Assembly: GCA_947258415.1 (NCBI GenBank)
Contig: CAMYIF010000005.1
Span: forward strand, 1-47,435
Direction: 5' to 3'
DNA length: 47,435 nucleotides
Source of the DNA: an uncultured Pseudomonadales bacterium
GTDB lineage: Bacteria; Pseudomonadota; Gammaproteobacteria; Pseudomonadales; IMCC2047
Under the pieces are notes generated by a model. It had not been told where the DNA came from and did no database searches. It was given only the letters and a program-made list of their open reading frames with translations. The position numbers and the translations under genes were made by a program. This document shows, piece after piece, positions 39,733 through 47,435 of the stretch; positions within the stretch are counted from its first letter, which is position 1, and each line of letters begins with the position of its first letter.

Positions 39733-42441
39733 TTAATGCGCCTCGTCCCAGTTGTCGCCTACGCCAACATCAACGATTAACGGGATATCCAGACTGGCTG
39801 CCCCTGCCATTTTATTTTTCAACCCGGTGACCATCTTTTCGACATGAGCTTCCGGCACCTCGAGTACCAATTCGTCGTGCACCTGCATCACCAAATGGGC
39901 GCCTGTGTCGCTGCCGGTTAACCAATCGTCGACATTAATCATGGCTTTTTTAATGATATCGGCCGCGGTTCCCTGCATCGGCGCATTGATTGCCGTACGC
40001 TCGGCGGCCTGTCGTTGCATGCCATTGGCGGAGTTAATCTCCGGCAGGTAAAGCCGACGGCCAAACAGGGTTTCTACATACCCCTTTTCGGCCGCGTTGC
40101 TGCGTATACTGTTCATATACTCAAGTACGCCCGGGTATCGATTGAAATACCGGTCGATATAGGCCTGCGCCTCGTTCCTGCCAATACCAAGCTGGCGACC
40201 CAGGCCAAAAGCCGACATCCCGTAAATCAAACCGAAGTTGATCGCCTTCGCGCTGCGCCGCTGGTCGTTATTAACCTCGTCAAACGGTACGCCAAACACC
40301 TCCGAGGCCGTTGCCCTGTGCACATCCATCCCCTGTGTAAAGGCTTTTAACAGACCCCTGTCCTGCGACAGGTGCGCCATGATTCTAAGTTCAACCTGGG
40401 AATAATCAGCTGCTACCAGTTTGCTGCCCGGTGGCGCAATGAATGCCTGCCGGATACGTCGTCCTTCTTCGGTCCTGATCGGGATGTTCTGCAAGTTCGG
40501 GTCTGAAGAAGACAAGCGACCGGTAGCGGTCACCGCCTGGTGATAGGAGGTATGAATCCGTTTGCTGCCCGGGTGAATCTGAAGTGGCAACTTGTCCGTG
40601 TAGGTGGACTTGAGCTTGCTCAGGCTGCGGTATTCCAGGATGATTTTTGGCAAAGGGTAATCCAGCGCCAACTCCTGGAGCACAGGTTCTGCCGTTGATG
40701 GCTGGCCCTTGGGTGTTTTTTTCAGGACCGGAAGATTGAGTTTTTCGTAGAGTATCTTCTGTAACTGTTTGGGCGAACCCAGGTTAAACTCCTCACCGGC
40801 AAGCTCAAAGGTTGAACGCTCTATTTCCAGCATCCTGGTGGCCAGTTCCTGGCTTTGTCTGTGCAACAGTTTTGGATCAACCAGCACGCCCCGGCATTCC
40901 ATCTTCGAAAGTACCGGCACCAGGGGAATCTCGAGTTGTTCGTATACCTTGTTTAACGTCGGCGTTGTGGCAAGCTTTGGTCTCAGTGCCTGGTGCAATC
41001 GCAATGTCACATCCGCATCCTCGGCGGCGTACAAGCCAGCCTGTTCCAGGTCTATATCATTGAATGTCAATTGCTTCTTACCCTTGCCGGCGATGTCCTC
41101 AAAATGAATCGTCTGGTGATCGAGGTGTTCCATTGCCAGGCTATCCAGATTATGCCGCGAGGTAGAATTAAGCACGTATGACTGCAGCATGGTGTCTTCG
41201 GCAACCCCTTTTAGCTGAACCCCGTGATTGGCCAGGATATTCATATCGTACTTGAGGTTTTGTCCGACTTTTTTACTGTCCGGGTCTTCCAGGATCGGTT
41301 TCAGGGCCGACAATACCGCCTCGCGATCCAGTTGTGCAGGCGCGCCCATATAATCATGACCCACCGGGATATAGACAGCCTGTGACGGCTTGACTGCCAG
41401 AGAGATACCTACCAGGCGAGCGGCCATGTAATCCAGGCTGGTGGTTTCCGTGTCAATGGCAAACAGCTCGGCCTGCTGTATCTTGTCCAGCCATTGTCCG
41501 AGATGCGTATCATCGAGCACCAACTGGTAATTTGCCTCAAGTTTGGCCCCCGGCCCGTTGCCATTATTGGAGGCATCATCAGCACCAAGATCGGCCATCC
41601 AGCTTTTGAATTCGAGCTCTGTAAAAATAGCCAGCAAGGTTTCATTATCCGGATCATCATGTTTGAGTTGTTGTGGCTTCTGCTCGAGGTCAAGGTCAAC
41701 CTTGATGGTAGCCAATTGATACGAAAGGGGCAGGTGTCCCAGACTGGCGCGAAGATTCTCTCCCACCTTGCCCTTGATTTCGCTGGCGTTGTCAATGACG
41801 CCTTGCATCGAACCGTAGGTATTGAGCCATTTCACGGCTGTCTTCGGGCCCACCTTGGGTACACCCGGAATGTTGTCGACCGGATCACCCACCAGTGCCA
41901 GGTAATCAATAATCCTGTTGGCCGGTATGCCGAACTTTTCCACCACATCCTGCTCGTTCATTGTCGAGCTATTCATGGTGTTAACAAGGCTGACGTGCTC
42001 ATTGACCAGCTGCGCCATATCCTTGTCGCCTGTGGAAATCACCGTGTCCATACATAACGCCGATGCCTGTGCTGCAAGGGTACCGATGACATCGTCAGCT
42101 TCGACGCCGTCGACTACCAGCAAGGGCAGGCCCATGGCACGAATGATGTTATGAATAGGTTCAATCTGGACGCGCAAGTCGTCTGGCATGGGCGGACGGT
42201 TGGCCTTGTACTGCTCGTAGAGCTGATTCCGGAAAGTCTTGCCCTTGGCATCAAACACAACGGCAACATTCGATTCGGGGTAATCCTGCATCAATTTGCG
42301 AATCATGCTGATAACTCCCCTGACGGCGCCGGTTGGCACCCCTTTTGAAGTCGTCAGGGGTGGCAATGCATGGTAGGCCCTGAACAGGTAAGACGATCCG
42401 TCAACGAGAACAAGCGGGGCTGGTTGCTGAGATTTTGTCAT
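39733..42441 (-). CDS. polA: DNA polymerase I
   Basis: LVDGSSYLFRAYHA, EADDVIGTL, DTETTSL, ADYSQVELR, KAINFGLIYG, QVHDELV; start ATG 42441. Confidence 0.99.
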   Translation of the reverse strand: MTKSQQPAPLVLVDGSSYLFRAYHALPPLTTSKGVPTGAVRGVISMIRKLMQDYPESNVAVVFDAKGKTFRNQLYEQYKANRPPMPDDLRVQIEPIHNIIRAMGLPLLVVDGVEADDVIGTLAAQASALCMDTVISTGDKDMAQLVNEHVSLVNTMNSSTMNEQDVVEKFGIPANRIIDYLALVGDPVDNIPGVPKVGPKTAVKWLNTYGSMQGVIDNASEIKGKVGENLRASLGHLPLSYQLATIKVDLDLEQKPQQLKHDDPDNETLLAIFTELEFKSWMADLGADDASNNGNGPGAKLEANYQLVLDDTHLGQWLDKIQQAELFAIDTETTSLDYMAARLVGISLAVKPSQAVYIPVGHDYMGAPAQLDREAVLSALKPILEDPDSKKVGQNLKYDMNILANHGVQLKGVAEDTMLQSYVLNSTSRHNLDSLAMEHLDHQTIHFEDIAGKGKKQLTFNDIDLEQAGLYAAEDADVTLRLHQALRPKLATTPTLNKVYEQLEIPLVPVLSKMECRGVLVDPKLLHRQSQELATRMLEIERSTFELAGEEFNLGSPKQLQKILYEKLNLPVLKKTPKGQPSTAEPVLQELALDYPLPKIILEYRSLSKLKSTYTDKLPLQIHPGSKRIHTSYHQAVTATGRLSSSDPNLQNIPIRTEEGRRIRQAFIAPPGSKLVAADYSQVELRIMAHLSQDRGLLKAFTQGMDVHRATASEVFGVPFDEVNNDQRRSAKAINFGLIYGMSAFGLGRQLGIGRNEAQAYIDRYFNRYPGVLEYMNSIRSNAAEKGYVETLFGRRLYLPEINSANGMQRQAAERTAINAPMQGTAADIIKKAMINVDDWLTGSDTGAHLVMQVHDELVLEVPEAHVEKMVTGLKNKMAGAASLDIPLIVDVGVGDNWDEAH

Positions 42442-42570
42442 TATATTTTTGATATGGGTCAATTGAGGGGTAAAATATTGCTACATACTGGTATCAAGTC
42501 GAGTGATGCAGTGATTTTACCCGGTATTCTATACCAGATTATCCAGTGACCTATACCTGTTCGGTGCTTT

Positions 42571-42858
42571 ATGATGAAAAAACTAGTTGGTGTTTTCCTG
42601 TTAATGATGCTGCCATGCCTGTCCCTGACAGCCAAGGAAGAGACTAAAGATGCTTCGACCGAGCCCGATATCGTGATCAGGGAATTTGAAGATAAAACTA
42701 TCCATGAATACCGCGTGAACGGCTTTTTATACGCTATAAAAGTCTTCCCAAAAAATGGCAAGCCGTATTACCTGGTAGCCGAAGATGGCAGTGATAATTT
42801 CACCAATCCTGATCAACCCGACATGCTTGTTCCCAAATGGGAAATTTTCACCTGGTAG
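42571..42858 (+). CDS. DUF2782-like small exported protein
   Basis: Signal peptide, EYRVNGFLYAIKVFPKNGKPYYL, VPKWEIFTW; divergent from polA. Confidence 0.85.
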   Translation: MMKKLVGVFLLMMLPCLSLTAKEETKDASTEPDIVIREFEDKTIHEYRVNGFLYAIKVFPKNGKPYYLVAEDGSDNFTNPDQPDMLVPKWEIFTW

Positions 42859-42862
42859 CCAT

Positions 42863-43798
42863 TTACTGGGGTAACCTGCAAAGACTGGCGATCAACGCAT
42901 CTTTCTCACGCCACAGCTGCGCAACCCAATCCTGGAATTCGGCGCGAAATGCATCTGACTCCTGATAATCACCCGCCAGAATACGGGGCGGAATAGTTCG
43001 CTCCCTGATATCAACCACGATCGGGTCAATCTGGCCGCACAAAAACCCGAAAAAGTCCTGCCTCCCGCCCCGGTAAATGATGGTAACGTCGACTAATTTG
43101 TCTATTTGATCACCAATAGCTCCAATAACGTAAGCCATCCCACCTGACTTTGGTTTCAGTAAATACCGGTAGGTTGAAGCCTGCGCTTTATGTTTTTCGG
43201 GAGTAAAACGCGTACCCTCGACATAGTTAATGATCGAGGCCGGGTTATTTCGAAGCTTTTCGCAGAACCGACGCGTTCTTTCCTGATCCTGGATCCTTAG
43301 CGCCGGATTTGCTGCAATCTCTTCTTTTGAATAACGTTTCATAAACGGGAAATCCAGCACCCAGCAGGCGATACCTACAAAAGGCAGCCAGATCAATTCT
43401 TGCTTTAGAAAAAATTTCATCGGGGAAGTGCGACCAATTAACAGGAAGATAAGCACCGCAATATCGGTCCAGGACTGGTGGTTCGAAATAATCAGGTAAC
43501 AGCGATCCGGGGACAGGTTGTCGAGCTTACTGACCTGCCATTGCGGACTGTGTACCATGAAATAAAAGCGACGGTTAGCAAGTGCCCAGTAAGTCCCAAC
43601 AAGACTTGCCTGATGTGTGCACATGCTTTTAACACGCTCGCCCGGCACCAGATACTTGATGATGGCTAACAAAAGGATGGGGAATGTTGCGGCAACTGAT
43701 AACACAAGGCTTGCCAGCAAGCATATGCAGCCCTTGAAAATCTGTATGAATTTATTTTTCAGTAAAGCCTCCCGTGCATTGCCCGAACCCCTCGCCAA
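42863..43798 (-). CDS. Acyltransferase (PlsC/YihG-like); start uncertain
   Basis: SNHQSWTDI (HxxxxD), KFFLKQELIW, EGTRF, LLKPKSGG. Confidence 0.88.
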   Translation of the reverse strand: MARGSGNAREALLKNKFIQIFKGCICLLASLVLSVAATFPILLLAIIKYLVPGERVKSMCTHQASLVGTYWALANRRFYFMVHSPQWQVSKLDNLSPDRCYLIISNHQSWTDIAVLIFLLIGRTSPMKFFLKQELIWLPFVGIACWVLDFPFMKRYSKEEIAANPALRIQDQERTRRFCEKLRNNPASIINYVEGTRFTPEKHKAQASTYRYLLKPKSGGMAYVIGAIGDQIDKLVDVTIIYRGGRQDFFGFLCGQIDPIVVDIRERTIPPRILAGDYQESDAFRAEFQDWVAQLWREKDALIASLCRLPQ

Positions 43799-44642
43799 CT
43801 TCCCTGATAAAATTCAGGTACGCACCGGTACCCGGTGGTATATCAGCCGCCATCGGGTCCAGCTCAATGAGCCTTATATCAAAATCTTGCACAACAAGAT
43901 TGACGACACTCAAATTACTCCCGGGCTCGACGATAATACAACCAATGTCCTGCTTTTCGACAATATGTCGCAAGTGCAACAGATGTTTTGCCCCCGGTTT
44001 TACTTCATGGTGGTCACTGATCACCCCGGCGTGCGCAAGACCATATTCGGCCTCGAATAACGGGTAGGCATTATGATAGACCAGGTAGCGGCTACTACCC
44101 TGTGCAAGCTTTATTTTCAGCTCGGCATCGAGTTGCGCCAGTTTATCCAGGAAATCAGCAAGGTTGCGCCTGTATTGTTCGCTCCCGGCCGGGTGCAACA
44201 GCGTAAGCCGGTCGGTGAGTCGCCTGGCAATGTGCCCGGCATTAGCCACGCTGAGCCACACATGGGGGGGTTCTGCTGCCCGGATTGAAGATGCCGATGA
44301 AATACCGACATTCAGAGACTTTCCGTGTTCTTTTTTCGCCCCGGCCTGTTTTAGCACCTTGCCAAGATAGGGCTCCGTGACTGGGCCCAGCCATATAACC
44401 AGGTCGGCGTCCCGGATTTTTTTAAAATCGGAGGGCCGCAAGGCATAATCGTGTATCGACATACCCGTCGGCACCAGCACCTCAACGGTCTGCTGCTCAC
44501 CCGCGATGGCCTGAGCGATCAGCTTGACGGGCTTGATACTGGCAAGAATGCTAATCTCTTTTGATTGCGGTTTTTCATTGGCCACGACAGCCCAGGAAAG
44601 AGCCATGCCGGCCAAGAGTACAAAACAATAACTTCGAAGCAT
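43752..44642 (-). CDS. znuA: Zinc ABC transporter substrate-binding protein
   Basis: ASIKP, IHDYALRPSD, PHVWLS, YHNAY; divergent from zur-znuCB. Confidence 0.88.
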   Translation of the reverse strand: MLRSYCFVLLAGMALSWAVVANEKPQSKEISILASIKPVKLIAQAIAGEQQTVEVLVPTGMSIHDYALRPSDFKKIRDADLVIWLGPVTEPYLGKVLKQAGAKKEHGKSLNVGISSASSIRAAEPPHVWLSVANAGHIARRLTDRLTLLHPAGSEQYRRNLADFLDKLAQLDAELKIKLAQGSSRYLVYHNAYPLFEAEYGLAHAGVISDHHEVKPGAKHLLHLRHIVEKQDIGCIIVEPGSNLSVVNLVVQDFDIRLIELDPMAADIPPGTGAYLNFIREVGEGFGQCTGGFTEK

Positions 44643-44662
44643 ATTATTCAACAACAAATAAA

Positions 44663-44683
44663 CAATGTTATAATGTAACAAAT
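44663..44683. promoter_or_regulatory. Zur box in the divergent znuA/zur promoter
   Basis: TGTTATAATGTAACA (44666-44680), a near-palindrome matching the proteobacterial Zur motif TGTTAT-N3-ATAACA. Confidence 0.85.
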
Positions 44684-44701
44684 TATTTCTCGCGAGGGAA
44701 A

Positions 44702-45196
44702 ATGTCTCAGAAAAATATTTCCAATATTGTTTACGAACCGCACAACCACAATCGCTGCATCCAGACCGCGCTTAAACAGGCCCGGGAAGTATGCCGCACC
44801 AAACGCGTCAGGCTGACACCGATGCGTGAGAGGGTGTTGAGCATAATCTGGCAAAGCCATAAACCACTGGGCGCCTACGATATTCTGTCGATGCTGAGTG
44901 AGCCGGGCAAGATAGTTGCCCCACCAACGGTTTATCGTGCCCTCGATTTTTTGATGGCGCAGGGCTTGATTCACAGGATTGCCTCGTTAAATGCCTATAT
45001 AGGTTGCAACACCCCGGAAGACGAGCATTTGAGCCAGTTTCTTTTATGCCACCAGTGCGGGGTTGCACTGGAACTGGTTTCCGGGTCGATCAACAGCGCG
45101 ATACGGGATAACGCATCGCATTATGGTTTTCATATCGACAACGAAACCATCGAAATAACCGGGCTTTGCCGTCCCTGCCAGAATAATCGCTCATAA
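44702..45196 (+). CDS. zur: Zinc uptake regulator Zur (Fur family)
   Basis: [37 protein letters not shown] and CRPC; start ATG 44702. Confidence 0.93.
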   Translation: MSQKNISNIVYEPHNHNRCIQTALKQAREVCRTKRVRLTPMRERVLSIIWQSHKPLGAYDILSMLSEPGKIVAPPTVYRALDFLMAQGLIHRIASLNAYIGCNTPEDEHLSQFLLCHQCGVALELVSGSINSAIRDNASHYGFHIDNETIEITGLCRPCQNNRS

Positions 45197-45228
45197 TTCT
45201 TGATCATCGTGACAGGAATTCAGACCTT

Positions 45229-46038
45229 ATGATCCAACCAGGTACATTAATTGAACTCGAACATGTCGGGGTAACCCTCTCGGGCAAGTCCATTATTGAC
45301 CATATTGATTTATCTATTTCTGACAATGAAATCGTTTCGCTTATTGGCCCCAATGGCGCCGGGAAAACCACTCTGGTGAAAGTCGTGCTCGGTTTGATCA
45401 AACCCACGTCCGGGTATTTTCGAAAGCAAAAGGGTTTGCGCATCGGTTACATGCCGCAAAAGCTGCACATTGAAAACACTATCCCCCTGAACGTAAAAAG
45501 CTTCCTGTCAATCTCAAAGAAAGCCAGCCCCCAAAAAGTTTCAAGGGTGCTCGATCAGGTAAATATAGCTCACCTGGCACACCATCCCATGCAGGCCTTG
45601 TCAGGGGGCGAACTGCAGCGCGTTTTGCTGGCAAGGGCTTTATTGCGCCAGCCGCAATTGCTGGTTCTGGACGAACCCGCCCAGGGCGTCGACATTAATG
45701 GCCAGGCCGAGTTATATAACCTGATTACTGAAATCCGGGTTCAATATCAATGCGCTGTATTGATGATTTCCCACGATTTACACCTGGTCATGTCGGCTAC
45801 CGACAGGGTGGTCTGCCTGAACCATCATGTGTGCTGTTCGGGTCACCCGGAATATGTCAGTAACGACCCGGCCTACCGTGAATTATTTGGCCTGGAAAAG
45901 GCCGACGGTCTGGCCGTCTACGCACACCATCACGACCATGTCCATGACGAGCATGGAAACATCATTCCTGAGCACCCGCGCCAGGGCCAGGAGGAAGAAA
46001 GTAATTCCGCATTCAGCAAGGGTAACCGGGATGGCTGA
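45229..46038 (+). CDS. znuC: Zinc ABC transporter ATPase
   Basis: [33 protein letters not shown], His-rich C-tail. Confidence 0.95.
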   Translation: MIQPGTLIELEHVGVTLSGKSIIDHIDLSISDNEIVSLIGPNGAGKTTLVKVVLGLIKPTSGYFRKQKGLRIGYMPQKLHIENTIPLNVKSFLSISKKASPQKVSRVLDQVNIAHLAHHPMQALSGGELQRVLLARALLRQPQLLVLDEPAQGVDINGQAELYNLITEIRVQYQCAVLMISHDLHLVMSATDRVVCLNHHVCCSGHPEYVSNDPAYRELFGLEKADGLAVYAHHHDHVHDEHGNIIPEHPRQGQEEESNSAFSKGNRDG

Positions 46039-46825
46039 TTTTATCTGGAATGCATTATTGGCTGGTATCGGTGTTGCTCTTATAGCCGGACCATTGGGCT
46101 CGTTTGTTGTCTGGCGACGTATGTCCTATTTTGGCGATACGCTGGCACATTCGGCTTTGCTTGGCATAGCGCTGGGTATCGCGCTGGATATCAACCTGAA
46201 TATCGCCATTATCCTTTGTTGTGTATTACTGGCGGTTACCCTGGTTTCGCTCCAGCAACGACGCATTATTTCCACCGACACCTTGCTGGGAATCCTGGCG
46301 CACAGCACGCTCTCCCTGGGCATTATCTTCATTGGTTTGCTCGATATTCGGCTGGACCTGATGGCTTATCTTTTCGGTGACCTGTTGACCGTTACCTCCA
46401 CCGATTTAATGTGGATCTATATCAGCGTACTTGTTTGCGCGGCGCTACTGCTGGTATTCTGGCGCCCCTTGCTCGCCATATGCATTGATGAGGAACTGGC
46501 CGAGGCCGAGGGTTATCCCGTTGCCGCGCTGCGCCTGTTAATGATGCTGCTAATCGCTATCGTTATTGCCCTGGCCATGAAAGTCGTCGGGGTACTGTTA
46601 ATCACCTCATTAATGATTATTCCCGCGGCAGCGGCCCGGCGACTGGCGCTGACTCCTGAAAGCATGGCCCTTTCGGCCAGCGTACTCGGCTGCATGGCAG
46701 TGGCCATGGGTCTGTTTGCCTCGGCAACATTTGATACGGCTACCGGGCCCTCTATCGTGATCAGCGCGACCCTTATTTTTCTTTGCGTCTACGCGCTCCC
46801 GGCCAGGATTTCCAAACCAACCTGA
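46031..46825 (+). CDS. znuB: Zinc ABC transporter permease
   Basis: [36 protein letters not shown]; start ATG 46031. Confidence 0.95.
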   Translation: MADFIWNALLAGIGVALIAGPLGSFVVWRRMSYFGDTLAHSALLGIALGIALDINLNIAIILCCVLLAVTLVSLQQRRIISTDTLLGILAHSTLSLGIIFIGLLDIRLDLMAYLFGDLLTVTSTDLMWIYISVLVCAALLLVFWRPLLAICIDEELAEAEGYPVAALRLLMMLLIAIVIALAMKVVGVLLITSLMIIPAAAARRLALTPESMALSASVLGCMAVAMGLFASATFDTATGPSIVISATLIFLCVYALPARISKPT

Positions 46826-46843
46826 CACCGGAAACCCGGCAGG

Positions 46844-47435
46844 CTAATAAGAATTGATAATCTGCTTGAGGCTGTTTTCCAGAACCGGGACCCTGTGAGG
46901 TATTTTGAAAAACGCGTGGAATTTCGCTTGCGGATTGATCAGCAAAATATAGGCGCTGTGATCCATCAGGTAATCGCCGCTTTCATCGGTCACCACTTTT
47001 GCAAAAATACTGTTCAGGTCAATCGCGAAATTATAGATTGGCTCAACGGCATCACTGGTAACCCCGATAAAAGCCGGGTTGAAATAACCCACGTACTTGG
47101 CCAGTTTTTCGGGTGTATCGCGAGCCGGATCAACCGTTGCCATGATGGTTTGTATCTGGTCATCGAGCCCGGTGTCCTGCAACCGGGTGTGCAGTTGATT
47201 GAGCAACGCCAGGGTTGTCGGGCAAATATCCGGGCAATAGGTATAACCGAAGAAAACCAGGCTCCATTTTCCTTCAAGCCGTGCCTGAGTAAAAGCCTGC
47301 CCCCTGTGGTCAATCAGGGTGAAAGGCTGCAGTGCTTTTGGCTCGGCCTGCAACAGGACACCATTGCGTGCCAGTTGCTCGACGTCCAGCGTAGGCGATT
47401 TTAATGCACGCGCAAACAACAGGGCAACGATAGCT
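46844..47435 (-). CDS. SCO1/SenC family copper chaperone (N-terminus outside window)
   Basis: FFGYTYCPDICPTT, VDPARDT, DHSA. Confidence 0.92.
   Translation of the reverse strand, partial: AIVALLFARALKSPTLDVEQLARNGVLLQAEPKALQPFTLIDHRGQAFTQARLEGKWSLVFFGYTYCPDICPTTLALLNQLHTRLQDTGLDDQIQTIMATVDPARDTPEKLAKYVGYFNPAFIGVTSDAVEPIYNFAIDLNSIFAKVVTDESGDYLMDHSAYILLINPQAKFHAFFKIPHRVPVLENSLKQIINSY

Overview
Chromosomal window from a gammaproteobacterium with Pseudomonadales/Oceanospirillales-like gene order. Most of it is core genome: pyrB-pyrC', pilU-pilT, yggS-proC-yggT-metXW-rdgB-hemW, a TPP riboswitch with thiC-thiO-thiS-thiG-thiDE-thiF, cysZ, glnK-amtB-glnK (sigma54 promoter and NtrC sites), ubiK-comM, a REC-GGDEF-EAL gene and cytochrome c5. 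On the right are EEP-dsbA-cytochrome c4-cytochrome c5-yihA-polA, DUF2782, an acyltransferase, znuA/zur-znuC-znuB (with a Zur box) and a SCO protein. Between the two blocks, directly after two tRNA-Arg genes (CCG and an unusual UCG), lies a six-gene minus-strand operon (24694-35914), the best candidate for an undescribed system. It encodes a ThDP-dependent enzyme with an Arg-rich insertion, two citrate-synthase-fold proteins that both lack the canonical catalytic His/His/Asp, a TonB-dependent receptor, an orphan periplasmic binding protein, and a 1512-aa sensor (HAMP-HisKA-HATPase-REC-REC-HPt-REC-GGDEF-EAL). I infer a make-import-sense small-molecule signalling circuit with c-di-GMP output. A second notable element is an approximately 110-nt sRNA candidate between polA and yihA, with a sigmaE-type promoter and three hairpins carrying UCCCC loops (ErsA/Spot42 position). 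All calls come from reading motifs by eye; no searches were run.
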